The notes beneath the pieces were generated by a model, which worked only from the letters and a program-made list of their open reading frames with translations, was not told where the DNA came from and ran no database searches. This document shows positions 1-12,799 of a stretch of DNA of 59,518 nucleotides, piece after piece. Both the position numbers and the translations under genes were made by a program. The first letter of the stretch is position 1. Each line of letters begins with the position of its first letter. The stretch is from Chiloscyllium plagiosum (Eukaryota): contig NC_057719.1 of NCBI RefSeq assembly GCF_004010195.1, positions 16,977,177-17,036,694 of the forward strand. The letters run 5' to 3'.

Positions 1-1299
1 TATCCCGAATACTTTCATCTTTGCCTTGATGGCAAATTTGTGATTCATTCACTCATGAAATTACGAGGCTGAATAGTTTATATTAATTCACGCTTTTAAC
101 TGTATATTCTGACTTTGTTGTCCTACAATTTTATACATTTCATTAAATCGCTCAAAGTTTTTTTTTTGTTTCTTGAACTAGCAAGGCCAGCCTCCCATTT
201 GGTTCATTAATATTTAGTCAGATAGCGTGGGAGGAGGCTAATGTGGAACAGAAATACCAGTGTGAACTAGCTGTGCCAAATGGCCAGTTTTTGAGTTTAA
301 ATTTCTGTCATTCAAAAATCATATTTAACTGAGTCCTCCAGATTATGTAGCAAAACCATTCAATCTTCGCAGTTTTTCCTGTGAGTTCGGTCTCAGAGTG
401 AGAATGTCACCACTGAGCCAGGTTTGACACTGAAAGAGAAATCAGGTGAGTCTATCTCTGCAGGCATGCAGTTCAACTTGATAGATTCATTGCACTCAGA
501 GCGTCAATCGCGCCCAGAGGCAGGCCCAGGAAAATTTCTCTATACACCGTTGTAAATATTGACATGTTAAACTAAAATCTTCAGCCAGTTTTCACCTTGC
601 ACCTCTTCTTAGTTGCCATATAACACCTGCCTCAGATGGCCAGGTTATAGTGTCATCTGGGACAACTAGGTGTTAAGTGATTACTGTAAACTCGCAAGTC
701 AGAGGTTGTGCGCAGAAAGCCACTTTAACTCATTAAACATCATTAAATTTTAAATACCAATTTAACACTTTCTATGTGGGTCTTTTTTTAAAAAAAAGTC
801 ATCATATTAAGGATTGTTATAAGATATTTATGGTGCAGAAAATGGAACTTGCTATATTACTCAATTCTTAACGATCTGGGTATCTGCTGATAAATATATC
901 TTGCCAGTGGATATTTTGATTGCATCAGCTGAGAACTTTTAGTTCCGCATTTGAATACTACAAGCCATCTCCTTTGTATTCCTGTGAATTCCTGCTACTT
1001 TTAAATTGTAATTCTGGTTAAAAGCTAAGTTTTTACCATTTGTGTAGCTTCGCATGGATAAAACAAAAACTACCATCATCCTCCAGTCAGTGGTCTAAAA
1101 TTAGATTGCAGGATCTGGTTTGGTACGTTGGAAATCCCTTAAGAAGTATCAAACTCAACACTGAAAAGGATCCACAGAAATGAAACACTCTTTATGAAAA
1201 TTGCTAATATTGGTTGTCTGAGAAAATGATGAAGATTTGCCCCATGTCTATCATTATTTATAAAGAGAGGACAGAATTTAATATGTACACATGAACGTC

Positions 1300-2086
1300 T
1301 GCATTATGAACAGGTGTTGGCTTGACCACGCTCCACCATTCAATAAGGTCATGTCTGATCAGATTCTAACCTCAACTCCACATTCACACCTACCCTTATT
1401 GACCTTTCACCCCCTCATTTACCAAAAACCTATTCACCTTTGCTTCAAAAAGACTCTGCTTCTATCACATTTTGAGGAAGAGAATCCAAAGATTTACAGA
1501 CCACTAAGAGAAAAAAAAGTCATTTAATCTCCATCTTAACAAACCAACACCTTGTTTTTGCAAGTTCCAATGTGCTACAGCAAGGAACCGTAATGACCTC
1601 CTCAGGAGACAGACACGTGCTGCAACCGACAGGGTACCCTTCATTGTTCAGTATTTCCCAGAAGCCGAAAAACTACACCATGTTCTTCGTGACCTGCAAC
1701 ACGTAATCATATTCTATTAGATTTCCTTATTCTTGGTGCATCTGAATGCTAGTCTTTTGCAATTCATATTCTCGGACACCCAGATCCCTCTGTACCTCAG
1801 AGATTTACAAGTTCTCCTAATTTAAATAATATACTTTCCTCTTCATTCTTCCTATCAAAAATGGACAACTTTACATTTTCACACATCATACTCCATTTGC
1901 TGGAATTTTTCCTGCTCAGCTAACCTATCAATACCTCTCTGTGACCTCATTTTAACAACTTACTTCCCCAGCTATCTTTAATGACAATACCTTTGGTCCC
2001 TTCATTCAAGTTATTTATATAAATTATAAAATGTTGAGGCCCCACCACTTGTCCCTGTGGCACCCGACTCATTACATTCTGCCAAC
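1300..2086 (-). mobile_element. Decayed CR1-type LINE 3' portion, interrupted by a 146-bp PLE-derived filler
   Basis: Minus-strand frame VPQGQVVGPQHFIIYINNLNEGTKGIVIK resembles CR1 RT (GVPQGSVLGP.LF.IYINDL); collinear with another copy at about 50170-51030. Confidence 0.75.
1563..1708 (+). repeat. 146-bp copy of an internal segment (2188-2333) of the neighbouring Penelope-like element
   Basis: Manual alignment gives 139/146 identity, mostly transitions; this copy has CAG where the larger copy has a TAG stop. Confidence 0.92.
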
Positions 2087-2889
2087 CCTGATGAAGGAGC
2101 AGCACTCCAAAAGCGAGTACGGGCACCTGGAAGTACTCAAGGATACCCTCATAAGAACAGGGTACGATGCTCAACTCATCAACTGCCAGTTCCGATGTGC
2201 TACAGCAAGGAACCGTAATGACCTCCTCAGGAGATAGACATGTGCTGCAACCGACAGGGTACCCTTCGTTGTTCAATATTTCCCAGAAGCCGAAAAACTA
2301 CACCATGTTCTTCGTGACCTGCAACACATTATCGATGAGGATGAGCATTTCGCAAGACCTTCCCCACACCTCCATTATTTGCCTTTAAACAACCACCAAA
2401 CCTCAAACAGATCATTGTTCATAGCAAACTGCCCATCTTTCAGGCAACACCATACAACTCTGCTACGATAGATGCTGCAAGACGTTTCAGAGTGTGGATG
2501 TGGATACCACCATTATGTATGGGGACTCTTCACCATGTACATGGCAGGTACTCATGTGACTCAGCCAATGTTGTCTGTCTCATACATTGCAGGCAAGGAT
2601 GCCCTGAAGCTTGGTACATTGGTAAGACGAGCAGAGGCTACGACAATGGATGAATTGACACCACACAAAAGTCAACAGACAGGAGTGTTACCTCCCAATC
2701 AGAGAACACTTCAGCAGTTCAGACATTCGACCTCGGACCTTCGGGTGGCCATCCTCCAAGGCGGACTTCGGGACAGGCAGCAATGAAAAGTGGCTAAGCA
2801 GAGGCTGATAGCTAAGTTTCATACCCATAGGGCGGGCCTCAACCGGGACCTTGGGTTCATGTCATACAACAGGTGACCCCATTGCACTA

Positions 2890-3100
2890 TGCGCGCGCGC
2901 ACGCACACACACACACACAGACTCCCCTACAAACTCCTACACACCTACACACACGCACTCTTACACACGCACACATACATATGCACCCTCTCACAGACTT
3001 ATACCCATTTACACTCACACTCACACACATGCACCCACTCTCTCACAGACTCTCACGACCCCCGTCCATCCCACACACACACACATACTCCACACACATA
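2890..3100 (+). repeat. Degenerate (CA)n/(GC)n microsatellite inside the PLE 3' UTR
   Basis: gcgcgcgc followed by cacacaca-rich tract; source of the His/Thr-rich spurious ORFs. Confidence 0.9.
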
Positions 3101-3473
3101 AGTTTTTGGGGTGAATTTGTACTTGCGGAGTTACATTTTACTTCGCTCAAAAACTGCATGAATCCATGTAAGATTCTGTAAATTTATTTTTTTAGATTAG
3201 AATCAGTCTAAACATTGTGGCATGGACAGTATCACAGAGGGGAACTCACACCTTCAATACATTATCTGGGCTGACAGACACCAATTGTTAAAATTCACTT
3301 GAGAATGTAACATTTTGCAATTTACATATGAAAGAACTGAAACCAACATGGTCATTCTAAAAGATGAGAGACTTAACAAACAATTCAGGTCTTTTTCAAT
3401 ATATAATTTCAGCTACACCACACTGTATACTTTTGCTTTAAATTCTGTGTCTTACAATCTTATTCTCCACAAC

Positions 3474-3508
3474 CACCTGATGAAGGAGCAGCACTCCGAA
3501 AGCTAGTG
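3474..3508 (+). ncRNA. Minimal type-I hammerhead ribozyme, family B, core intact
   Basis: CAC-CTGATGA-A-GGAG(cagca)CTCC-GAA-AGCT-A-GTG: conserved core, stem II, palindromic helix III (AGCT), stem I CAC/GTG; predicted cleavage after A3505. Confidence 0.8.
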
Positions 3509-3597
3509 CTTCCAATTAAACCTATTGGACTATAACCTGGTGTTGTGTGATTTTTAACGTTGTACATCCCAGTCCAACACCAGCTTCTCCAAATCTT

Positions 3598-3746
3598 GAT
3601 CATAACCCATTGACATTTGTAGAAATATTTAAGGACAAAAATGCCAGACTGTTTAGATGGGGCTTGTTTCAGCCATTCAATTTGAAATTGTGCATATGGC
3701 AGGTCACGAAAACATGATTGTTGATGTGTTATCGAGACTCGAATGA
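3598..3746 (+). pseudogene. Ty3/gypsy pol C-terminus (end of RNase H), one frameshift, followed by stop
   Basis: DHNPLTFVEIFKDKNARLFRWGLFQPFNLK/VHMAGHENMIVDVLSRLE* matches gypsy RNase H motifs (TDH.PL, R.RW, N..AD.LSR). Confidence 0.8.
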
Positions 3747-3911
3747 GCTACGGAGGCGTTTGGTGGCAGGTGTACCACGGCCTGAATTTATATGTGGTTG
3801 TGCATGTTTGCATCTGTATAGTGTATTTGTGTGCTTTGGACAACTAACCAAATTGTATTTGAAGGTTTTTAAAAATGAAGCCACCTTTTGGTATTGAGCG
3901 TTCTTTTCTTT

Positions 3912-4358
3912 AAGGGGGGAGGTGTCACAAAGCTGGTCCCTTTTCTCTAGAAGCTGTACCTTTTCTCAAGGATACTGGGTCTTTGATTTTTTTCAGAGGG
4001 ATCATAAAACTCTCCCAGTTCTGGTTAGACTGGTTTGGTACAGAGATGAAAAGGTATTGAGAGGCTTTTTTGTTTATATGTAAACAGATGAGACTTCAGG
4101 CCAAAGTGGTCATGTTTTAGAAGTGACCTGTATAATGCTAATCGGGACTGTTGAGTTTATTCAGAACAGCAAAATTAATTCTAATTTGGGTAGACTGAGT
4201 TTTTTAGGGGTTCCTTATTCTGTTCTTTGTGTTTCATTGTGTAATTTTGTGAATAAATTTTTGTCTATTTTAAAACCTGGAAACTTACTCCGTGTAATTT
4301 TATGGTCTAGGGCTGCCTGCTTAAGAATGTTTTGAGTGGTCTGGCCTAGTCCATAACA
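3912..4358 (+). mobile_element. Polypurine tract plus 3' LTR of the gypsy element
   Basis: PPT AAGGGGGGAGG (3912-3922) directly followed by TGTCAC (3923) and ending ATAACA (4358); contains AATAAA. Confidence 0.8.
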
Positions 4359-5955
4359 TCATTCTAACCTACCTTGTGGTTGGAGATAAGCCCATGGGCA
4401 GAAACATACTGCATAAGAGTGGCTCTGTGCAATGCTGTTTCCTATACATTTAAATTATCCGTGCTTACTGAGGGAGGACCAAGAGGCCTATAAAATCTGA
4501 TCCCTCAGGTTTAGAGTTTTTGAAAGTATTGAATATTGAACAATTTATTCTGGAATAAATCTCTAATCTTTCTGATGATTCCGAGCTTGTGTTGATCGTT
4601 TATTTAAAAGTATCTTTACTTTCACAGCAATCCTCGAATAATGGCAGTAGATTTGAATGTGCCTGCTAAAAGCTCAGAGCACCTGTATTAATGACTGCAC
4701 CTTTAGCAATGTTAATCCAGCTTCATGACAACTTCTCCCTCAGTAACTCCAGCAAACCTGTCCCCCTGTGACATCATCAGCAAACCATTTAGACTAATTA
4801 TATTTTTTAAAATCAACAGAGAGACAGAGACAGAAGGATATTAGAGTTACTGATAAATCTAATTCTTAAAAGAGGTCCTGATTGTAACACTCGCTGTTTC
4901 ATGTAGTTCTCAGAGACGCTCCACTTAATGTGATACCATCAACTTAATGAGACATTGGTCATTGCCTTTGCTTTGTCGCAATTCTTTTCCCCATACCATT
5001 AATCTGCAGATAGTACTTGAAGTAATTACATGTGCTGTTCATATGTTTGAGTCAGAAGATAGTTAAGCAGCATGAATTTCCATTGTTTCCTAAGATGATA
5101 TTATTTTGATTGTTGCTGCGTATATTTTGATTTAAGGGCTTTAGCGTTTATCACTGATTTCAAAGTGCAATTATTTGATCACATGCTAGGACAGATTTGC
5201 AAAATGTTTGCAGTGAAATTAATATTATTGCAACAGTATTTCTTTGAATCCTCATCCCATGCCATACAATTCTTCTTGCATCAAATCCATCCAATTCCCG
5301 TCATTCCTTTCATATCACTGGATCACAGATTTGTTATATCTCATCCTCGTCCCACTTCATTTGCAACACGAGCAAGGGATGTACTCTTTATCAAGAGCTT
5401 TAAAATATCCTTTGTTTTGCTTTGGTACAATAATATTTTAGCAGCAGAGTTGTAAAACAGTATTTCCAAATCTTTGACAATTTTATTTGAAAAGTAAGTT
5501 AGTGGTAATTTCTTTATCCTTGAGATAAATCTGCTTCTGAGAGAACATTTTCATATTTCAGAGAGATCATTTTCATAATTAAAACAATACAAGGTGCAAC
5601 AATGGTTTATCTAAGAGATCAGGAAGAATCCAAAACAATCCATCAATCGGGGCAAACCTTTAATGGTCCAGGGCCCAATGATCTGAGTTTGCTGCAGGTC
5701 AGCTGAGGACAGTTTTGTCATCCAGAGCAAAAAAAGCCTACCCCCAACTAGCGACACATGGATAATATTACCAGTGGCTGGTAGGGTTACCAACATCCTT
5801 GCTCAAAGAAGCGGAGGGTATCTCTCTAGAGAGAGTATAGAGCAATAACATTGGGTATATGTTGAGTCAGCATACAGCTGACACTGACTGATGGGTCAAA
5901 TGACCCTCTCCTGTTCTGTAAACCTATGTTTGTGTTATAATGGTGACTTATGGTT

Positions 5956-6266
5956 GTGTGGTATGGTGGCTTGGTGATTAGCACTGCTGCCTCACAGCAC
6001 CAGGGACCCGTGTTTGATTTCTGCCATGGGCGACTGTCTGTGCGGAGTTTGCACATTCTTTTTGTGTCTGTGTGGGTTTCCTCTGGGTGCTCTGGTTATC
6101 TCCCACAATCCAAAGATGTGCAGGTCAGGTGAATTGGTCATGCAAAATTGCCCATAGTGTTAGGTCTATTAGCCAGGGGTCTGGGTGGGTTACTGTTTGG
6201 AGGGTCGGTGTGCACTTGTTGGGCCAAATGGTCTGTCTTCATTCTGTAGGGAATCGAATCTAATCT
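5956..6266 (+). mobile_element. HE1-like V-SINE
   Basis: tRNA-like head (tggcttggtgattagcactgctgcctcacag), V-domain ctgtctgtg.ggagtttgcacattct...gtgggtttcctctgggtgctctgg, (ctaat) tail. Confidence 0.88.
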
Positions 6267-8365
6267 TATTCCTAGCTAGCTCTGCAGTACCTCTGTTGAG
6301 ATGGAAGGTTGTTTGGTCGACACTTTCCCATTGAATACATTGATGCACATGCTCAGTGTCACTCTGATGGTGCAGTTTCCAAATTTCAGGTGTATGAAAG
6401 GTTACAGTGTGTCCCACCTGTTGCTCTTGGAAGATGCCTTTGTGGTAAGGGTTCCACTATCTGCATATGGACTGTACTGAAGTGACTACATTTAATGAGG
6501 TTAGAAGTACTTAATGGTGAAAGATACAAAGTAAATGTAAGCTTTTTTTTTTAAGATCAATGTCTTTCCATCTCCATCTGACCAGTCAATGCTGTTGAAT
6601 GTTAATTTCTTCATGAAATCAGTAACAGGCAATAAAAAAGTGACCTGTCTGTGAGATTACATCCTCCAAACAAATAAAGATTTTAAGAAGACTTTTTGTG
6701 CAAACACTTCATTGGTTAAAAGGTGTTTTGGGATGCCTTGAGTTTGGGAAAGTGCCGTGTAAATCAAAGTAATTTGCTTTCTTTATTGTGCATCTATTGA
6801 GCAACTTGAAAAAGCTGTTTAGCATTGAAAGAGTTAAGTAGTCTACAGTGCAATTGATAGGATTAATTTCACAGGTCACCAATATATTGTACTTACGTTA
6901 CAAATGCTAGTATACTGAACACACTCCAGGGGAACCAGATTAACCTGTGAGTAACTTTCCACATAATTTCTCAGAATCCATGCCCATTACAAATTTATGA
7001 AGGAATGCCTTCATCTTTATTTAGTTTTGAATCATTTAATTCACTGCATTTCACATTTTATGCACAAAATGCATAATTTATCCACTGAAAGAGTATTTTT
7101 TAAAATCACTCTAATTTACTAGTCGCTCTATACTGGGCAGTAAGAACCAAAATGTTTGTTATAGGAAGATGTCACCTGTCCAGGCTGCTTACTGTTATAC
7201 AAATCACAGCTGATAGAGTGTGTGGGGATTTGGGGCCATAGCTGCAGATGCATAGACACGTTTAATATGCACATACTATCCATTTATGTTGAAATACAGT
7301 TTGACAATCACAATATAATGTGTCATATATAATGTGCATAATTGCGGTTGAAATATCAAGTCCTTGAATGAAAAATACATACATTTTTCAAATCTGCATC
7401 ATCTGAGAAATAATTTGACCAAAATACTCTGATGTTCCCTACTGACAGAAGCCAATACCTCAACAGTACATTTTTCCAATGATTTCCATAATTTTTCGAT
7501 TAGAAGCAATGACATTTTACACAAATAAAAGTGTTTTTGTTTGAGAGGCTGTTTTGTGAGAGTGTGAGACTCTGTGGGGAATTTTAATCCATTGCCATAT
7601 TGGTCAGAGTTGGGGGCTGGCTAGGAGGCAGTGGGATTGAGGGGTATGTGGTCAATCATCAAACACGTGACATCTGAGCCCAATCTGCTACAAGCACACC
7701 TTTAATTTTAACTACATTTTAACTAGATTAGGGGCAATTTGATTAACCGATTCTGGAGTGGTAGCTCATTAGTTTTGGTACGTAGATGAGGCTCAAGCTC
7801 TCAGATTCTGGCAGCATTCAAACACAATGCTGGATGATGAGATCTCACAGAGTTTGGGAAATCCAACTGCGAAAGACAAGCAGGAGCTTGTGGGGCAGCA
7901 GGCATGTGCTTCTTTAGAGATCGGGGGACAAAAAATGCCGGATCGGGGTTGTACGTTCCCTTATCCTCCTTGCAAACTTTCTGCCATCTTCCTGTCATCT
8001 GCTGACTGCGCCTGTGCTAATTTTTGCTTCTAACATAGTGTTTTACCTGATGCAGCAGTGCTATTATTATTGCCCAGAACACGAGACTTTTGACACAAAT
8101 ATTGTGGTATTGAAGAATCCAACAGACCTTTACTGCATCTTATTATAAGCATTCTCAGTAACCTAGGTGTCTGTAGTAATATTAAACTATTAGATTTCAA
8201 CAGAGCAGCATTCTTCCAGTAGCAGGTCATGCTTCAAATAATTTCTGAGTAAGATGGTGTCTGAAACCTTTATACCCTTAGGTCACATGCTATGATACAG
8301 TGATAATATATGAGTATGTCTCTTAAAGATATTTTGACAATAAAAAGTAATAACATGAGTAATAA

Positions 8366-8488
8366 GTTGTTCTGAAGAAGGGTCACTGGACCACAAACTC
8401 TGCTTTCCTTGCACCGATGCTGACAGACCTGCTGTTTCTCCAGCCAGTGCTATTTCTGTTTCAGATTTCCAGTATCCATAGTCCTTTG
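8366..8488 (+). mobile_element. Short HHR-derived element, family C (degenerate)
   Basis: gtt-CTGAAGA-a-gggtc actg gacc then actctg...gatgctg.cagacctgctg, shared with 43060-43159, 38501-38943 and 47419-47512. Confidence 0.65.
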
Positions 8489-8490
8489 TA

Positions 8491-9078
8491 TATGACAATA
8501 CTGCTCCTTTAACAAGGTTATTCTGTCCTTTGTTTTTTTTTTGTTTGAAAGGGGTCATAAAGGCAGAGGTGCCGAAATGTCTAAACTGACTATGTTAGTA
8601 ATGGCTAACAAATGTTGGCTAAGTCAACAATCAGAAAAGACTTCCAGGTTTTTTTTTAAACACACTTGCACAATGAAAAGGGAATAGCCAATTTTCCCAG
8701 TTCAGGGTTTTTTTCTAGTTTTGGGTTGGTTTTGGCTGGTGACATCTGTCCCTTTCTGACATCTCTCTCCTGTAAGAACCTGGATTTGAATTTATTCTTT
8801 TGCCAAGGGGTGTGTTTATGGAATGTTACAGGAAATCGGAACAGCTCTTGTTAAGCTGCGTTTCGTGTCGGTTAGGTTTTCAAATAGCCATGTTATTCTG
8901 AATTCGGTTTTCTTTTGTTCATGTGTAAATAAATTCTGTTTTGTTTAAAACCGAGTGGCTTGATCAGCTCCATGACTCCTGAGATATTCACCTTACATCT
9001 GTTTAAAACAACTAGAAAAGTTAGGTTCTGGGCCACTTTCTTAAAATGTTTTGAGGGGGTCTGGCCTGGTCCATAACA
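8491..9078 (+). mobile_element. Solo LTR related to 3923-4358
   Basis: 3' end tgttttgagggggtctggcctggtccataaca is near-identical to tgttttgagtggtctggcctagtccataaca; shared aataaatt...tttaaaacc; 5' end (tatgacaa) uncertain, no TSD found. Confidence 0.7.
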
Positions 9079-11068
9079 AAATGAGAACTAATACAACATC
9101 TCTACCCACCTCACTACAGTTTTCCCGGCTTCCTCCTCCCTCCCTCCTCACTGCCATACTATTTCTCACTATCCTGCAAGGAACACTCTCTGCTACCTGT
9201 CCACCCTTGTTATGACTGCCAGAGAGACCAATGATTCTTAACAAGAAATTTAACCTTTCAGTTAAAAGCTGAAGGAATGATATGACCAAATTTTACTTTT
9301 TACGATTTTCATTGTAACAGACTGTGAATATTGACTGTTTAGCACAAGTGAGGCAAATCCTCCAGCTTCATTTTAATTCTTCATGAATTTGAGTTTTTTA
9401 ATCTGAGTACAAGCTCCCACCACATTCCTGTGTGGTGAATCACAGTGACCTTCGACAGATTAATTTTGCCTGTGACATTTCATGATATGTTTGGAAAATT
9501 TGCAACTTGGTCTGACAATGGTTTCCTCCACAGCACTTACAACCCTGCTCCATAGCAATGTGAATCAGATGGACCTTATCTGCAGATTCAATCCTTGAGT
9601 TAAATGGATAGGTAAAAGTAACTATTCACAATATGGCAGTTTCAATCTCTTTCTGGATCTTTAGACACTATCAACAACCATTGTGAATATACCTGCTATG
9701 ATCATCTGGTATAAGTGTGAACATCTTCCACCTCCTTTCTATTAAGACAATCCAGACCTATCTTTAATCTTTAAGCATCACGTCACCCAGGCCATTGTTG
9801 AACAGAATTTTGAAAAGGTCACATGACATGCCCCAACACCACCACCTCCCCAAACCCAGTTTACCCTATGTCTCAGGGTGGAATCTTTCCAGACCCTGAA
9901 CAATGTAGGCATTAGTGAGAAAGTTGGGAAAACCAGGTGAGATAGCCAGTGAGGAATTTCTGAACACCAGGAGCAAAAATTTCCCATTTTCCAACTCAGC
10001 GTTGAAAGATGAGAGTCCTATTTGCATGCATTAGCATTGTATTATTACCGAGTCTCACCTCACTGATACAGATGGCAGCAATTTGCAAGATGGGAGTCAG
10101 AGACGGCTAGCTCGCCTGGAAATCCTCCAGACTTCCATCTTGGACACCGAGCACCGACATCTCCAAGGCTAGCAGTCACCCACACACCCCATCCACAGAT
10201 GTTGACATCTAACACATACCAGCGTATGCTGCTGCCTGGACACTTTAGACCTAGGGACAGGCACTGAACTCTAACCAGGCTGCATCTCAGATCTCCTCAC
10301 ATACTGTCTTGCTAGTTTCTTACTTTGCACTTACCTCAGAGTTCACAGCATTTCTTCCTTGCCCTTCCTTTTTGTGCTTCCCCCATATCCCCTGTCTCCT
10401 CAGCAAGAGCTTAAATGGGATGGGGGGGGAGCGGGGAATGTGGGGTGAAACACAATACTTTTGTCTAGACTTGCCTTTTAATCCAGGTACAAAGCCAGGC
10501 AGCTTGTCACACCTGCCAGCAGTATTCAGTCAAGGGAGTGGACATGTGGTTGTACGTGTCAGTGAGTCATCAATCTAACACATGCACCAAGTGCCAACCA
10601 CATAGATACCAAAGACACAAAATGTGCTTCAATGAAATGGCCATGTCTCAAAGTCTAATGGAAATAGTTTTCAGCCAAGTCAAGGGGACGCCCTACAGTC
10701 AAGGGACCAATGTAAGTCAAAGGCAACCTCCAGCATCAGTCCAGGGGCTTAGGCATGGCCAGGGTGGGAACCATGGTCAATCCTGTGGTTCCAGTTCAAC
10801 CAATCTGGGCAGTTGTGGGAAATCAGCCAAGGACAGACATCAGTCAAGAGTCTGGTCTCTTTTCAGTCTGAGTTATCCTCCCTGGCATAATTGTGATGTT
10901 GGCGCAGATGGAGCAATGGTGTTGTGGCGTACCAGGTGATTAATTGGCAGCACAGATGGTATGCAGGGTTGAAGGTTTGGAGGTGGGTGAGAGTGAGTCA
11001 GAGATGTTGCATGCAGTGAGAATGGTATACTAATGGGACTTTTGTAGCAGATGGAAGACAGCATTTAC

Positions 11069-11269
11069 CCTGGCAGAGTGGCGAAGGACATTAACCTTCT
11101 GGACGTTGCTGAGCATTTTTCCAGACCATGGAAACCACACAGACTTGGTTGGCATTCCTGGACTAGGCTGGCACAATGGTTGGGTCCCTCTGCTGATCCT
11201 GAGAATAACCCTCTCCTGCAGTCCCCTGATTGCCAGGACTTCCTGGTTCCTGTCTGCAAAGTGGGCACC
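11069..11269 (-). pseudogene. Myb/SANT-like (Harbinger ORF1-type) exon remnant
   Basis: Minus-strand pieces AHFADRNQEVL...PA*SRNANQVCVVSMVWK/NAQQ/QKVNVLRHSAR followed by a GTAAAT donor; resembles the F...LEVL...W..IA..V...R...QC.KK.NDL pattern; needs frameshifts. Confidence 0.5.
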
Positions 11270-11271
11270 AA

Positions 11272-11695
11272 TGCAAGAATGGTCCCAAGAATGAAAAGCT
11301 TAACATATGCGGAATGTTTGAGTACACTGGAAGAGTAGGGGGGGAGGGGGTAGGAAACTAATTGAAATGTGTAGAATACTGAATGGCCTGGACAGAGTAG
11401 ATGTTGGGAAGATGTTTCCATTGGTAGGAGAGATCGGGACTTGAGGGCACAGCCTTAGAGTAAAGGGAAGACCTTTTATAACAGAGATACGGAGAAACAT
11501 CATTAACCAGAGAGTGGTGAACCTATGGAAATGCCACAGAAGGCTGTGGAGGCCAGGTCATTGAGATAGTTAGGTTCTTGTGGGGAGAAAGTGGGAGAGT
11601 GGGGATGAGAAACTCATCAGCCATGATTGAATGGCAGAGCAGCCTCAATGGGCTGAATGGCCTAATTTCTGCTCCTATTTCTTATGGCCTTATGG
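11272..11695 (+). mobile_element. CR1-type LINE 3' fragment
   Basis: ARMVPRMKSLTYAECL..L, RVVNLW-type ORF2 end, tail gggctgaatggcctaatttctgctcctatttcttatgg. Confidence 0.85.
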
Positions 11696-12339
11696 CCCCA
11701 TGTCTGTGCCCAGGGCAACCTGTCCAATCTGTGTTGGGCAGCTCTGGACTGACCGTGCTCGACCACTGCCTTTTAAACATAACACCAATACCAAGAGCCC
11801 CAGAATGTTCCAGCAGTGGGAAGTAATTCCCACCATGGTGGGTGAGAGAATACGATGAGTTGGGTGCCATAAGGGCTTGGTGAAATAGAAATGGGTCATG
11901 TCTGGGAAAATAGCATGAAGAATCCAGTTTAATCTGGTCTCACAGAGAGAGAGTTCCTCCACAAGAATTGCCAAAATTGACATTCAGCTAATTTCTGGAA
12001 AGATTCTGCCCATTGTTTCAAAATATAACAACATTTCGAACTTCATAATGTTGGCAACTTCACCCGAGTTTCTTTGTGAGAAAATCTGTCGCCAGAATTT
12101 AATTGGTTCAGAGCAGGGACTCCAAAACCCAACTCCACTTTGGCCATTTATGGTACATCTGACCACTTTGTTCGAGTACCTGACAACCACTTGGTTGTTA
12201 TCAAGGCTTGTGTCCCTTTGAAAGGACATTGCCCTCCCCCAGACTGCTGGGAGTTGCTGGTCAGTCAGAGATGCAACAGCTTAGTAGTGGGATCGCTGTG
12301 GGCACAAGAGGTTAGTTAAACAGGCCCCAGCAATGGGAG

Positions 12340-12432
12340 CTGAAAATGTGTTGCTGGAAAAGCGCAGCAGGTCAGGCAGTATCCAAGGAGCAGGAAAATC
12401 GAGGTTCGGGTATAAGCCCTTCTTCAGGAAAT
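12340..12432 (-). mobile_element. Short HHR element, family A (degenerate core CTGAAGA-a-gggc ttat accc-gaa)
   Basis: Reverse complement matches 31017-31100; flanked by 13-bp direct repeat CCAGCAATGGGAG (12327-12339, 12458-12470). Confidence 0.75.
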
Positions 12433-12516
12433 GGAGGGACGGGAGGGCATTGGAATTCCAGCAATGGGAGGGATGGCTCATAAAGGTGGATAGTTATGCT
12501 GCAGGGACAGCCATTG

Positions 12517-12528
12517 CCACCAGGGGGC
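12517..12528 (+). promoter_or_regulatory. Candidate CTCF site
   Basis: CCACCAGGGGGC core with TGCAG 17 nt upstream; motif match only. Confidence 0.35.
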
Positions 12529-12799
12529 CTTCTCTGTGTGCCACAAGGTTCACCCTGCCACAAATCCTAGCACTGAGCTGGATGGAAGCTGGGGCATGCC
12601 AGGGTCCACCAAACAGACTGGCAGCAGTGATGGAGGATCTGCCAACTGCTGGCAAAATGCCAGCAGCAAGAGGAAGAGCCCTTAATTGGCCTCTGCTCAG
12701 CAGGAACATGCTCCATGGTCCCTGTTATCCATAAAGTGTCACAGAAATGGGAAAATGGTGGGCATTGCACTTAGCCTCCTGTACCATTCTAGCCGTTGT

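Larger units (their letters stand above)
2087..3596 (+). mobile_element. 5'-truncated Penelope-like retroelement (family B): RT C-terminus/linker, GIY-YIG endonuclease remnant, CA-rich 3' UTR, HHR-bearing terminal repeat
   Basis: Frameshifted translation ...DRVPFVVQYFPEAEKLHHVLRDLQHII...AFKQPPNLKQIIVHSKLP...YSCDSANVVCLIHCRQGCPEAWYIGKT...LIAKFHTHRAGLNRDLGFM, stop near 2877; HHR at 3474-3508; 3' end shared with many short copies in the window. Confidence 0.88.
9876..12011. mobile_element. Decayed PIF/Harbinger-like DNA transposon containing a nested CR1 fragment
   Basis: Terminal inverted repeats GGGTGGAATCTTTCCAGA (9876-9893) and reverse complement GGGCAGAATCTTTCCAGA (11994-12011), 16/18 match; Myb/SANT-like remnant inside; TSD not preserved. 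Confidence 0.6.

Noticed and set aside
2851..3181. His/Thr-rich ORFs
   Set aside because: Translation of a CA microsatellite
7570..8000. GC-richer MITE-like segments (also about 12090-12790, 19430-19850, 27960-28130, 46620-46810)
   Set aside because: Look like decayed repeats, but I could not establish TIRs or TSDs
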